Source of the DNA: an uncultured Fibrobacteria bacterium
GTDB lineage: Bacteria > Fibrobacterota > Fibrobacteria > UBA11236
Length of the DNA stretch: 64,000 nt
Assembly: GCA_963716395.1 (NCBI GenBank)
Contig: OY970309.1
Span: forward strand, 2,816,001-2,880,000
Direction: 5' to 3'
Made by a program: the position numbers and the translations under genes. Position 1 is the stretch's first letter; each line of letters opens with the position of its first letter. Below the pieces are notes generated by a model that made no database searches, had not been told where the DNA came from, and worked only from the letters and a program-made list of their open reading frames with translations. This document shows, piece after piece, positions 40,327-49,927 of this stretch.

Positions 40327-42555
40327 ATGTCCTCTGAGCCGCAACCCGTCCCCATTTTTCCCGAGGAAGCGCCGCGCCCGTCGCCGGCGGCGGCTTTTTC
40401 CCTGCCCGGCCCGCGCCGCGCCTTGACCATCGAGCCCTGCCGCTCGACGGAACTGGGTCCCGAATGGCAATCCGACGGGGTGCGCTTCGGGGTCTACTCG
40501 CGCCATGCGCGCAAGATTCACCTGGCCCTGTTCCGCGACGCGCTTTCCGATCCCGTCGACGTCTTGCCGCTGCCCAGCCGCCACGGACATGTGTTTCAAG
40601 GCCTGGTGCCGGGATTGGAACCGGGTTGGAGCTACGGATTTTTCGCCGACGGACCTTTCGATCCTCGCAACGGGCATCGCTTCAATCCGCAGAAGTTTCT
40701 GCTCGACCCCTATGCGCGCGCCCTCACCGGATCGTTCCGCAACCCGGACGGCGTTCTCTGTGGCCATCCGCCCGGCGGCGAAGACGCCGATCTCGCCTTG
40801 GACCACCGGCCCAGCCATGCCTACATGCCCAAATGCCTGCTGGTCGAAAGCCGCTTCGACTGGCAGGGCGTGCCGGCGCCGCGCCATCCGTCGTCTCAAC
40901 TTGTGATTTATGAAACGCATGTGCGTGGATTTACCCAGCACCCCTCTTCCGGCGTCGCCGAACGCGGTACCTACCGCGGCCTGGTGGAAAAGATTCCGCA
41001 TTTGCGCGCGCTGGGCGTGAACGCCGTCGAGTTGCTCCCGGTGCACGCCAAGGCCACCGAGGGCTTTCTCTCCGCCAAGGGGTTGGTGAATTATTGGGGC
41101 TACAACACCGCGGCTTTTTTTGCGCCCGAACCCGGTTACGGCAGCCGCAGCGCGCCGGGTTGCGAAATCGACGAGTTCAAATTGATGGTGCGCGAATTGC
41201 ATCGCGCCGGCATCGAAGTGATTCTCGACGTGGTCTTCAACCACAGCGCCGAAAGCGCGGAGTCGGGACCCACGCTTTCGCTGCGCGGTCTCGACAACCG
41301 CTCGTATTACGCGCTCACCGGGCCCGACGACGCGCCGCGCCGCTTCTACTGGAACCATACCGGCTGCGGCAACACCTTGGACTTCGGCAGCGAGGCCGTG
41401 CTGCGACTCACCCTGGACGCGCTGCGGTATTGGGTCGAAGAGTACCACATCGACGGATTCCGCTTCGACGAAGCCACGGTGCATGGGCGTGTGGACGGGA
41501 GCGGTTACCGGGCGTCGGCGCCGTTCTTCGCGGCCGTGGCGCAAGATCCCGTGCTGCGGCGCATCCGGCGCATCGCCGAACCCTGGGACGCTGAGGCCTA
41601 CGCCCTGGGCGGCTTTCCCGACGGGTGGATGGAATGGAACGGGAGCTTCCGCGACACGGTGCGCCGCTTCGTGCGCGGCGAAGCCGGTCTTTTGCCGGCG
41701 CTGCGGGCCAGGCTCAACGGTTCGCCCGCCTGGTTCGCCGCGGCCGGGCGCGCAGCCTGCGAAAGCGTGAATTACGTCACCAGCCACGACGGATTCACCT
41801 TGCGCGATCTCGTCACTTACAACCACAAACACAATCAGGCCAACGGCGAAGACAATTGGGATGGAAGCGCCGAAAATTTCAGTTGGAACAGTGGCGAAGA
41901 AGGGGAGACCGCGCGCGCCGAAGTGGAAGAACTGCGCGGTCGGCAGGCCAAAAACCTGCTGCTACTGGTCGCCTTGGCTCGGGGAACGCCGATGTTACTG
42001 GGCGGCGATGAGTTTCTGCGCACCCAAAGCGGGAACAACAATGCCTATTGCCAGGATAACCGGGTTTCCTGGTTGGACTGGAGTCTGGAAAAGCGCCAGA
42101 CCGGATTTCTCCGCTTCGTCCGCCTGCTCATGCCCTGGCGTGAAATCGTTTGGTCCGGCGCGGCGACGGGGGCCGGTGATTTCGAAACGGAGCATTGGGA
42201 GGCCTGGAATGCCGCCGGATTTCCGGCCGAAGAAAAAGATCTCGCCGTGAAACACGGGGGATTTTTTTTGCGCCCCGGAAAGTCCAAGCCGTCGGGGTCG
42301 GGGTTTCTGGAGTTGCACCAAGAGGGGGGATTTTATTTGCTGCTGAACGCCGAAGAAGAGACCCGGACCTTTCACCTGCCCCATCTCGCGCCGCCCTGGC
42401 AATGGAGAATGGTGATCGATACTTCGTTTCCATCGCCGGAAGATGCGGCGGAAATTGGAGCGGGATTTCCTCTGTATTTGGAAAACCGCTACGAGGCGGC
42501 GGATCATTCGGCGGTACTTGTACGCGCCATCAAAAGTAATTCCGAAGGTAATTGA
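40327..42555 (+). CDS. glgX: Glycogen debranching enzyme / isoamylase (GH13)
   Basis: LLDPYARA, IYETHVRGFT, NYWGYN, LDVVFNH, DGFRFD, AEPWD, SHDGFTL, QSGNNNAYCQD. Confidence 0.93.
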   Translation: MSSEPQPVPIFPEEAPRPSPAAAFSLPGPRRALTIEPCRSTELGPEWQSDGVRFGVYSRHARKIHLALFRDALSDPVDVLPLPSRHGHVFQGLVPGLEPGWSYGFFADGPFDPRNGHRFNPQKFLLDPYARALTGSFRNPDGVLCGHPPGGEDADLALDHRPSHAYMPKCLLVESRFDWQGVPAPRHPSSQLVIYETHVRGFTQHPSSGVAERGTYRGLVEKIPHLRALGVNAVELLPVHAKATEGFLSAKGLVNYWGYNTAAFFAPEPGYGSRSAPGCEIDEFKLMVRELHRAGIEVILDVVFNHSAESAESGPTLSLRGLDNRSYYALTGPDDAPRRFYWNHTGCGNTLDFGSEAVLRLTLDALRYWVEEYHIDGFRFDEATVHGRVDGSGYRASAPFFAAVAQDPVLRRIRRIAEPWDAEAYALGGFPDGWMEWNGSFRDTVRRFVRGEAGLLPALRARLNGSPAWFAAAGRAACESVNYVTSHDGFTLRDLVTYNHKHNQANGEDNWDGSAENFSWNSGEEGETARAEVEELRGRQAKNLLLLVALARGTPMLLGGDEFLRTQSGNNNAYCQDNRVSWLDWSLEKRQTGFLRFVRLLMPWREIVWSGAATGAGDFETEHWEAWNAAGFPAEEKDLAVKHGGFFLRPGKSKPSGSGFLELHQEGGFYLLLNAEEETRTFHLPHLAPPWQWRMVIDTSFPSPEDAAEIGAGFPLYLENRYEAADHSAVLVRAIKSNSEGN

Positions 42556-42699
42556 AAGTTTTTGTCATGCGCGCGTATACCATTTCGTTTTTTTACTGAA
42601 AGACTGCCGCAAATGCATGTACCGGCGCGGGTTTATACCGATGTTTATATAAATTTCCCCGCGCTTTGAAAATCGTCAAGTTCAAAAGTTTTTTTTCAC

Positions 42700-44721
42700 A
42701 TGCCTGCGGAACGGCCCCTTAATTTCGTTCAGCGCCTCAAGGTTTGGGTGTTCGGGAAATCGCTCGACCCCACGGATCACCGGGCCTTTCATAATCTTTC
42801 CCTGATCGCTTTTTTCGCCTGGGTGGGTCTGGGCGCCGACGGGCTTTCCTCTTCGGCCTACGGACCCGAAGAGGCGTTCCGGGCCTTGGGCCCGCATCAC
42901 CATCTCGCCATCCTCGTGGCCTTGGGCGCCGCTTTTACGGTGTTCGTCATCAGCGCCAGCTATTCGCAGGTGATCGAAGTTTTTCCCAACGGCGGCGGTG
43001 GCTACACCGTGGCCTCCAAACTGCTCAGTCCCTATGCCGGCATGGTGTCGGGCTGCGCCTTGCTCATCGATTACGTCTTGACCATCGCCATTTCTTTGGC
43101 CAGCGGCGCCGACGCGATTTTCAGTTTTCTCCCGCCGGAATGGATCCACTTCCGCATGGAATTCGTGTTGGGAACCGTGGTGTTACTTACATGGATGAAT
43201 CTGCGCGGCGCCAAAGAAAGCGTGGTTCCCCTGGTGCCGGTGTTCATGATTTTCGTGCTCACGCACTTTTTCGCCATCGTCTACGCCATGGTCGTGCATC
43301 TGTTCGACTTCGCCACGGTGACGCAATCCACCCTGGCCGACATGGCCCGCACCCATGCGGCGCTGGGATTTGCCGGCACTTTCGCCCTGCTGCTGCGGTC
43401 TTATTCCATGGGCGCCGGCACCTATACGGGCATCGAAGCTGTGAGCACGGGCATGCCCCTGTTCCGCGAGCCGCGCGTGCGCACGGGCAAGCGCACCATG
43501 TTCTACATGGCCACCTCCCTGGCCTTCACCGTGTTGGGCCTGATGCTGGCCTATGTCTTCTACCGGCTGGAACCGAGCGACACCAAAACCCTCAACGCCG
43601 TGCTGTTCGAACATGTCGTGGCGGGTTGGAACCCGTCGATCGGGCGCGGTTTCGTCTGGGTGATCCTGTTCTCCGAAGCGGCCATTCTCTTCGTGGCCGC
43701 GCAGGCGGGATTTCTCGGGGCGCCGCGCGTGCTGGCGAATATGGCTTTGGATCAATGGCTGCCCAACCGATTCTCCCTCCTCTCGGATCGTCTGGTCAGC
43801 CAGAACGGCATCATGCTCATGGGCATTGCGGCCGCGGTCACCTTGGTGTTAACCGGGGCTTCGGTGCAATACCTGGTGGTGCTCTACTCCATCACGGTGT
43901 TCATCGGCTTCGTCCTGACGCAAATGGGCATGCTGCGCTATTGGTGGCGCGCCCGCTCGTCGTTAGAACATTGGCGCAAGCGCCTGGCCCTCAATGCCGT
44001 GGCCCTGTGCCTGTGCACCTTCATCCTGATCATGGTCATCGTGGTGAAGTTTTTCGAAGGCGGCTGGATCACCTTGTTCGCCATGTTGCTAGTGATCGGG
44101 GTTTCGCTGCTGGCCAAACAGCATTACCGCAACGTGGCCAAAATGCTGCAGCGAATGGACAGTCTGGTGCAGGCGGCCCAGGTCTCGAATAACGGCGGTG
44201 CCGTGACGCGGATCATGGGAGAGCAGGAAAACCAGGAAGCCCAGTATGATCCCAAGGCCAAAACGGCCGTGGTGCTGGTTTCCGGATTCAACGGGTTGGG
44301 ACTGCATACCCTGTTCAGCATCATCCGGCTGTTCGGTGGCATCTATAAGAACTTCGTCTTCGTGGAAATCGGCTTGATCGATGCCGGCACCTTCAAAGGC
44401 CAGGATGAAGTCGAACATTTGAAAGTGCACGTGCAGGAAGAGTTGGACAAATACGTCGAATTCATCCGGCGGCATGGATATTACGGCGAAGCGAAAACCG
44501 CCTTGAGCCATGATATCGTGGCGGGCAGCGCGCAACTGGCGCCCTCCATCCTCGAACGTTTTCCGCAATCCGTGTTTTTCATGGGGCAACTGGTATTTCC
44601 GGAAGAGTCATGGATTTCTCGGTTGTTTCACAACAACGCCGTGTTCGCGGTGCAAAGGCGGCTTTACCACCTCGGCATCCCGTTCATCATTCTGCCCATT
44701 CGGGTGAAGATGCGGGTTTAA
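42700..44721 (+). CDS. APC-family permease (KimA/YdaO-like potassium transporter)
   Basis: GADGLSSSAYGPEE, PNGGGGY, YTGIEAVS, about 12 TM helices and cytoplasmic C-terminal domain. Confidence 0.85.
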   Translation: MPAERPLNFVQRLKVWVFGKSLDPTDHRAFHNLSLIAFFAWVGLGADGLSSSAYGPEEAFRALGPHHHLAILVALGAAFTVFVISASYSQVIEVFPNGGGGYTVASKLLSPYAGMVSGCALLIDYVLTIAISLASGADAIFSFLPPEWIHFRMEFVLGTVVLLTWMNLRGAKESVVPLVPVFMIFVLTHFFAIVYAMVVHLFDFATVTQSTLADMARTHAALGFAGTFALLLRSYSMGAGTYTGIEAVSTGMPLFREPRVRTGKRTMFYMATSLAFTVLGLMLAYVFYRLEPSDTKTLNAVLFEHVVAGWNPSIGRGFVWVILFSEAAILFVAAQAGFLGAPRVLANMALDQWLPNRFSLLSDRLVSQNGIMLMGIAAAVTLVLTGASVQYLVVLYSITVFIGFVLTQMGMLRYWWRARSSLEHWRKRLALNAVALCLCTFILIMVIVVKFFEGGWITLFAMLLVIGVSLLAKQHYRNVAKMLQRMDSLVQAAQVSNNGGAVTRIMGEQENQEAQYDPKAKTAVVLVSGFNGLGLHTLFSIIRLFGGIYKNFVFVEIGLIDAGTFKGQDEVEHLKVHVQEELDKYVEFIRRHGYYGEAKTALSHDIVAGSAQLAPSILERFPQSVFFMGQLVFPEESWISRLFHNNAVFAVQRRLYHLGIPFIILPIRVKMRV

Positions 44722-45008
44722 ACCGGTTCTTCGCCAGCTTCTTCTTCGCTGCCTCCGGGTCGCAGAAAAATCCGATGGACGGCGAAAAAGGAAAGACCCA
44801 GGCACAAAAGCTCGATCAGTAAATTGGAATAAGCACCGAAGGGCAGGCGGTCGAAGACCCATTTCTCGCCCAACAACAGTGGGGTCAATACCCAGAAAAT
44901 TCCGTATAAAGCCGTGCGGCCGCGCCCGGCGGGCAAGGCCCGGGATTTGGTGCGCATCCAGAGAAAGCCGAACAGTAAAACCGCTCCGATCACCCAGCGT
45001 TCCGACAT
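44718..45008 (-). CDS. Small hypothetical membrane protein (about 3 TM)
   Basis: Three hydrophobic segments with acidic tail; stop overlaps convergent gene. Confidence 0.55.
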   Translation of the reverse strand: MSERWVIGAVLLFGFLWMRTKSRALPAGRGRTALYGIFWVLTPLLLGEKWVFDRLPFGAYSNLLIELLCLGLSFFAVHRIFLRPGGSEEEAGEEPV

Positions 45009-45178
45009 ACTGCAAATTTAGGCTGCCGTAAGGAATTCGGGGAGTCGTTCCGGATGAATAATTATCAAAGGAACGACGTGCCTTAGGCGGTTCACGGGCG
45101 CTATGTTATATAACCCCCGCCTGAACAATCGAATATCTTTTAGGAAAAGCGGGACGCGTCCCGTGAAGTGGAGGAACG

Positions 45179-45637
45179 ATGAAATTGCAGATGGGCATAT
45201 TGTGCGGCGGGCTGTTGGTTGTCGCTGCATTCGGCGGCGACAGCGGCTTCGGCCTGGGTTTTGTCATGGGAATACCTTCGGGCATTTCCGCTAAAATTGA
45301 AACGGGCAAATTGAATTCCATCAATCTGCAATTGGGATATGGGAGCGATTGGAACAATCACGGCTGGGGAGGGATGACCCTGGGCGGTGATTATGTCTGG
45401 TACAACTACAAACTTATTCCGGTCGAATCGGGAAAACTTCCGCTTTACTTCGGCCCCGGCGCCAGGGCCTGGGTGAACGATAATCCCGGGCTGGGCGTGC
45501 GCGCGGTGGTCGGGTTGGATTACCAATTCGCTAGGGCGCCTTTCGACGCCTTTGTCGAATTTGCACCCGGCATCGAGTTCGTCCCCGACACCAATCCCGA
45601 TTTTTCCATGGGCCTCGGCGCACGCTATTTGTTTTAG
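45179..45637 (+). CDS. Small outer-membrane beta-barrel protein
   Basis: Signal peptide, FGLGFVMGIPSGISAK, LPLYFGPGA, C-terminal GARYLF; GGAGG RBS. Confidence 0.8.
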   Translation: MKLQMGILCGGLLVVAAFGGDSGFGLGFVMGIPSGISAKIETGKLNSINLQLGYGSDWNNHGWGGMTLGGDYVWYNYKLIPVESGKLPLYFGPGARAWVNDNPGLGVRAVVGLDYQFARAPFDAFVEFAPGIEFVPDTNPDFSMGLGARYLF

Positions 45638-45657
45638 CAGCGCGGGCCGCGATCTCC

Positions 45658-47964
45658 ATGTGGGGATTTCCTTCTCGCCTGTTGCCGTGGAAAACAGCGG
45701 TGCGCCGCCTCGCGCGCGCCGGCGGATTTCTCGATCCCATTGCGATGATGGCGCGGCTGCGCGCCTTCGGCCAGCCGTCGGAAGTGGGAGAGCCCTTGGA
45801 ACTGCTGCGTTCGGGGGCCGCGTTCCATGCGCGCGGATTGTTCAATGCCCGCGCCATTCAGAACAACCTGGATTGGATTTGGCCGTTTTGGGTGCGCCGG
45901 CAATTCGACCCGGCGGACGTGTCTTTTGTGCCGCGGGCCTTTTCCTTCAGCCACATCAACCTGACCCATCGCAATTGGACCGCGCTAGGTTGTCCGGATC
46001 ATCCGGTATTGCCCATCGTCGATCCGGCCGGACTGGTGACGCCGTTTGTGGACGGTTGGTCGGTTGATGCCTGGATTCTGGGCGCGGACGAACTGATTCC
46101 ATCGGCAGCGCACGCCTTATCGCAAACCCTGGAATTGGAAGCGAACGGTTTGGCGGTTGTGACCGTTGTACAGGGACCGCGTTGCGGGCTGGAGATGCGC
46201 GCCGAGGTGCTGGCCGAGGGCCGGGCCGGCCGCCTGCGACTCCGCTACCAGGTTCAGGGTCGCCCCGGCGAGCATGGACTGGTGGTTTCGCTTCGTCCCT
46301 GCAATCCCGAAGGCGTGAGCTTCGTCGACACCTTGGAATGGGACGCGCCGCGGCAGATCTTACGCGTGAATGGGCGCGGCGCTTTGCATTTCGAATCCGC
46401 GCCCCAGCGCGTGTTGTTATCGCCGTATCGCCACGGTGACGTAGCCGCCGCGCTGCGGGGTAAAGCGATCGGGGCTTCGCCGCCGTCCGTAGCGTCGCTC
46501 CGGCTGCGCGACGCGGTGGGCATGGGCACGGCTGCGGTCGTATTTCCCCTGCCGGCCCCGGGCCTGCAAACCGTGACCGTCACCATGGATTTGGACGGCG
46601 AGCCCGACTCCGCCGCGCCCTTCGGCCTCCGTGCGGGAACCGGACAAACCTGGTCCGAAGCCCTGCACGGAACGCCAAGGTTACGGGTGCCGGACGCCAA
46701 ATTCGTTTTTCTGTACGATGCGGCCGTGCGCTCGCTGCTGCTGCATTGCCAGGGCAGCGTGGTGCCCGGACCGTTCGCCTACAAGCGTTTCTGGTTCCGC
46801 GACGCCGCGTTTATCCTGAACGCCTTGCTGGCCCTGGGGAGTTTCGCACGCGTGCGGGAAGTGCTGAACCATTACCCGGCCTGGCAAACCCGAGATGGTT
46901 ACTTCCTGTCGCAAAACGGCGAGTGGGACTCCAACGGCGAAGCCCTGTGGATTTTGCACCGCTATCTGCAACTCAGCGGTGCGCCCGTTCCGGCGGATTG
47001 GATTCGTGCCGTGGGAAAAGGCGCGGAATGGATTCGGCGCAAACGGCGCCGCGCTTCCGCTCCCGCGGAACTGCGCGGTCTCTTTCCGGCCGGAATGAGC
47101 GCGGAACATTTCGGACCCAACGATTATTTCTACTGGGACGATTTCTGGGGAGCGGCCGGCTTATCGGCCGCCGCGGACATTTCCGACGCGTCGCGGCATG
47201 GGTCGGGCCAATCCTGGCATGCCGCCTCGGCGGATTTTCTCGACGCGATTGCCGCCAGCATCAAGCATTGTGCGCTGGCCGGTTCGGGCGAAATGGTGGT
47301 TCCCGCCTCGCCGTACCGCCGGCTGGATTCGGCCGCCATCGGCGTGCTGGCCGCTTCCTATCCCTTGCAGTTGTGGCCCGCTACGGACGCGCGCGTCCTG
47401 GGCACCGCGGAATTCCTGTACCGTCGCTGCCGTGTGCGCGGGGGATTTTTTCAAGACATGGTGCATTCGGGCGTGAACGCCTATTTGACCTTGCATCTGG
47501 CGCAAACTTTTTTGCGGGCCGGAGACGCCGAACGATTCCGCACCTTGTTGCAAGCGACCGCGGACCTGGCTTCGCCCACGGGGCAATGGCCCGAAGCCAT
47601 TCATCCGCATACGCGCGGCGGTTGCATGGGAGACGGTCAGCATGTCTGGGCTTCGGCGGAGTGGGTGATGGCCTTGCGCATGGCCTTCCTGCGCGAAGAA
47701 GGGGAAACCTTGGTGCTGGGATCGGGTCTGTTTCCGGAATGGCTGCAAGGCGAATCGGAATTGTCCTTCGGAGAGGCTCCCTGCATTTTCGGATCTTTGC
47801 AACTCGACATCGGCAAGTCCGAATCAGCTCCCGTACTGCGTTGGAAGGGAAAATGGCGCCGGCCGCCCCACGCTTTGGAGATCAAGCTTCCCGGAATGCA
47901 ACCCGAACGCATTCCCTCTCCGCCCGAGAGCGGTGAAATAAAACTGAAATCAATTTCTCCCTAA
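45658..47964 (+). CDS. Six-hairpin glycosidase-like protein (GH15-related)
   Basis: YKRFWFRDAAF, GEWDSNG, SAEH, GQWPEAIHP..GGCMGD motifs of (alpha/alpha)6 enzymes. Confidence 0.78.
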   Translation: MWGFPSRLLPWKTAVRRLARAGGFLDPIAMMARLRAFGQPSEVGEPLELLRSGAAFHARGLFNARAIQNNLDWIWPFWVRRQFDPADVSFVPRAFSFSHINLTHRNWTALGCPDHPVLPIVDPAGLVTPFVDGWSVDAWILGADELIPSAAHALSQTLELEANGLAVVTVVQGPRCGLEMRAEVLAEGRAGRLRLRYQVQGRPGEHGLVVSLRPCNPEGVSFVDTLEWDAPRQILRVNGRGALHFESAPQRVLLSPYRHGDVAAALRGKAIGASPPSVASLRLRDAVGMGTAAVVFPLPAPGLQTVTVTMDLDGEPDSAAPFGLRAGTGQTWSEALHGTPRLRVPDAKFVFLYDAAVRSLLLHCQGSVVPGPFAYKRFWFRDAAFILNALLALGSFARVREVLNHYPAWQTRDGYFLSQNGEWDSNGEALWILHRYLQLSGAPVPADWIRAVGKGAEWIRRKRRRASAPAELRGLFPAGMSAEHFGPNDYFYWDDFWGAAGLSAAADISDASRHGSGQSWHAASADFLDAIAASIKHCALAGSGEMVVPASPYRRLDSAAIGVLAASYPLQLWPATDARVLGTAEFLYRRCRVRGGFFQDMVHSGVNAYLTLHLAQTFLRAGDAERFRTLLQATADLASPTGQWPEAIHPHTRGGCMGDGQHVWASAEWVMALRMAFLREEGETLVLGSGLFPEWLQGESELSFGEAPCIFGSLQLDIGKSESAPVLRWKGKWRRPPHALEIKLPGMQPERIPSPPESGEIKLKSISP

Positions 47965-47969
47965 TTGAA

Positions 47970-47993
47970 TCGGCTCGCCGGGAGGCGAGCCGA
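47970..47993 (+). terminator. 10-bp GC-rich hairpin after glycosidase gene (no U tract)
   Basis: TCGGCTCGCC-GGGA-GGCGAGCCGA. Confidence 0.5.
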
Positions 47994-48212
47994 AGGTGGA
48001 GACCGACGAAACAAAGGGTTTTTGGGGACCCTGTCTCCATGCTTATGTTATCACGCTTTTTGGAAACTTTTCAAGTTTTCGATTTGTTTTATAACTCATT
48101 GATATTTATGGCCTTATATAATTCGACCCACGCGGGTTGATTTTCAATACTCCCATGTTGATTCAATGTTAAATAATTAATATATTCAATTTGATTCAAT
48201 TATAGGTGTGTT

Positions 48213-48671
48213 ATGAAATGTCCTTATTGTCAATGCAGCGAAGACAAAGTGGTCGATTCGCGCGGCAGTCGGGATAACAAGGCCATTCGTCGTCGCCGGG
48301 AATGCTTGAGTTGCGGTCAGCGATATACCACCTATGAATATGTGGAAATGGCTCCGCTCACCATCGTGAAAAATGATGGCCGGCGAGAACCTTATGATCG
48401 GCAGAAAATGTTGGCCGGAATCAAAACCGCCTGCAAGAAGCGTCCCGTGGCGGCGGAAGCGATCGAACAAATCGTGGACCACATCGAAAACCAGATTCAA
48501 ATCGTGGCCGAAGGCGAGATACCGTCTTCCACCTTGGGAGAATTGGCGATGCGCCAATTGCATCAGGTGGACGAAGTGGCTTATATCCGCTTCGCTTCGG
48601 TATACCGCAAGTTTAAAGAAGTAAAAGAATTTATTTCCGAAATTACCGAGTTGCAGCAAAGCTTCGGCTGA
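48213..48671 (+). CDS. nrdR: Transcriptional repressor NrdR
   Basis: MKCPYC, DSR, IRRRRECLSCGQRYTTYE, ATP cone, VAYIRFASVY. Confidence 0.97.
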   Translation: MKCPYCQCSEDKVVDSRGSRDNKAIRRRRECLSCGQRYTTYEYVEMAPLTIVKNDGRREPYDRQKMLAGIKTACKKRPVAAEAIEQIVDHIENQIQIVAEGEIPSSTLGELAMRQLHQVDEVAYIRFASVYRKFKEVKEFISEITELQQSFG

Positions 48672-48719
48672 CGGCAAGTTTGGCTGCGCGGCCGATGGCC
48701 GAAGCCTCAATTAACTCAG

Positions 48720-49061
48720 TTAAAAAATCCGTCCTTTTTTCGCTCCCCGCAAAAGCGAGGCGATCTGTTTGGAAGAAAGCTCGTCCGCCGATTTTTTCTT
48801 CTTGGGGGCGCATTCTTCGCATAGAGGAACGTATTCATTCGATACCGAGACCGCCCCTTCGGATCGACCGGTTTCGGCGATGTGGTATTTCAAACAGGGT
48901 CTTTCTTTTTTGCAGCGGTAGCAAATCGTTACCACGGGTTTTTGTTCGCCGCGGGCGATTTTTTCTTTGACCCGATCTTTGCGGGAGATTTCGTAGGCGC
49001 GGCTTAGTGCCTGATTCTTGCGTAAAAATCGATCATGCGAGTCTTCGTCTTCAGCCATCAT
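48720..49061 (-). CDS. Small basic protein with CxxC...CxxC zinc ribbon
   Basis: CYRC and CEEC motifs, Lys/Arg-rich. Confidence 0.7.
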   Translation of the reverse strand: MMAEDEDSHDRFLRKNQALSRAYEISRKDRVKEKIARGEQKPVVTICYRCKKERPCLKYHIAETGRSEGAVSVSNEYVPLCEECAPKKKKSADELSSKQIASLLRGAKKGRIF

Positions 49062-49075
49062 TAGAAGGTACTACC

Positions 49076-49690
49076 TCAGGGGTTGTGGGAAAAGGGTTCT
49101 TTGCTTTCGGGTGCACTGAGCTCTTGCCAAAGCGGGTGCTCGAGCACGGCTGCAGCGAGCAGCAGTCTTCCCATCGCGGTCAGGCGCAGTGGGCCGGTGT
49201 GCAAGGCGCGTTTTTCCCCGTTTCCGGGGCGATGCCGGCGCAAAAAGCCCTCCACAGCCGGATTGAGATCCAGCAAGTGAATGCGCGTTTGCGCCAAAGT
49301 TTTGTATTCGGTCTGGGTGGCCGCGGCGGCCTCCCGCAGAGGCCCCGCCGGAAAAAAAGATTCACACAGCCCAGCCACCAGCACTTGCGCCCGGGTTTTT
49401 TGGAGGATGATCTGGAGCAGCGCGCCCAAGGCGGAGAGCACGCTTTGCGGGGATTCCCCCCGCAGCAAATCCGCGCCCCCGACGCTCAGCAGCACCAGAT
49501 GCGGGGCCTTGCCTACGACATGCAGAGCGACCCCTTTGACTGCATCTTCCAGCGAAAGTTCCGGGTCTCCGTTACGATAGGATTGGAGTTGAGCCGCGGG
49601 ATGGCGAAGAAAAAGCAGGTCGACGAGAAGCTCGCCGTAACCTTCGGGGGCACAGAGCAGGCCATCGCCGTAAAGAGCCAGCTTTTTCAC
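49076..49690 (-). CDS. SGNH/GDSL hydrolase-fold protein with degenerate catalytic motifs
   Basis: LALYGDGL (block I), LSVGGADL (block III), GPLRLTAMGRLLLA (block V); GAGGA RBS before GTG. Confidence 0.75.
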   Translation of the reverse strand: MKKLALYGDGLLCAPEGYGELLVDLLFLRHPAAQLQSYRNGDPELSLEDAVKGVALHVVGKAPHLVLLSVGGADLLRGESPQSVLSALGALLQIILQKTRAQVLVAGLCESFFPAGPLREAAAATQTEYKTLAQTRIHLLDLNPAVEGFLRRHRPGNGEKRALHTGPLRLTAMGRLLLAAAVLEHPLWQELSAPESKEPFSHNP

Positions 49691-49733
49691 GTTTCCTCAG
49701 GCTCGAATTCGGAATTTCGGCCGCTTCGGAGTA

Positions 49734-49807
49734 TGGGCCCACTCCGGCTTGAACGGAGGACCGGACGATTATGAGTCGTCTGCTCTAACCACCTGAGCTA
49801 TGGGCCC
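49734..49807 (-). tRNA. tRNA with CAT anticodon, most likely tRNA-Ile2 (lysidine); CCA not encoded
   Basis: GGGCCCA acceptor, GACGA-CTCATAA-TCGTC anticodon arm resembling ileX-type tRNAs, paired 1:72, no GGG/CCC initiator stem. Confidence 0.9.
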
Positions 49808-49927
49808 TCTTGCCAAAAGTACACTTGGTCCCACCGCCTTGCAATTCTATCGTTAGATTTCCATTAACCCCGCCCAGACTCGGTAAACCTCGGGCGCGGG
49901 AAAACCACCCAAGGCAAAGGACTCACT

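Noticed and set aside
42556-42699. c-di-AMP (ydaO) riboswitch expected upstream of a KimA-like gene
   Set aside because: None of the conserved ydaO sequence blocks visible; region looks like a plain AT-rich promoter
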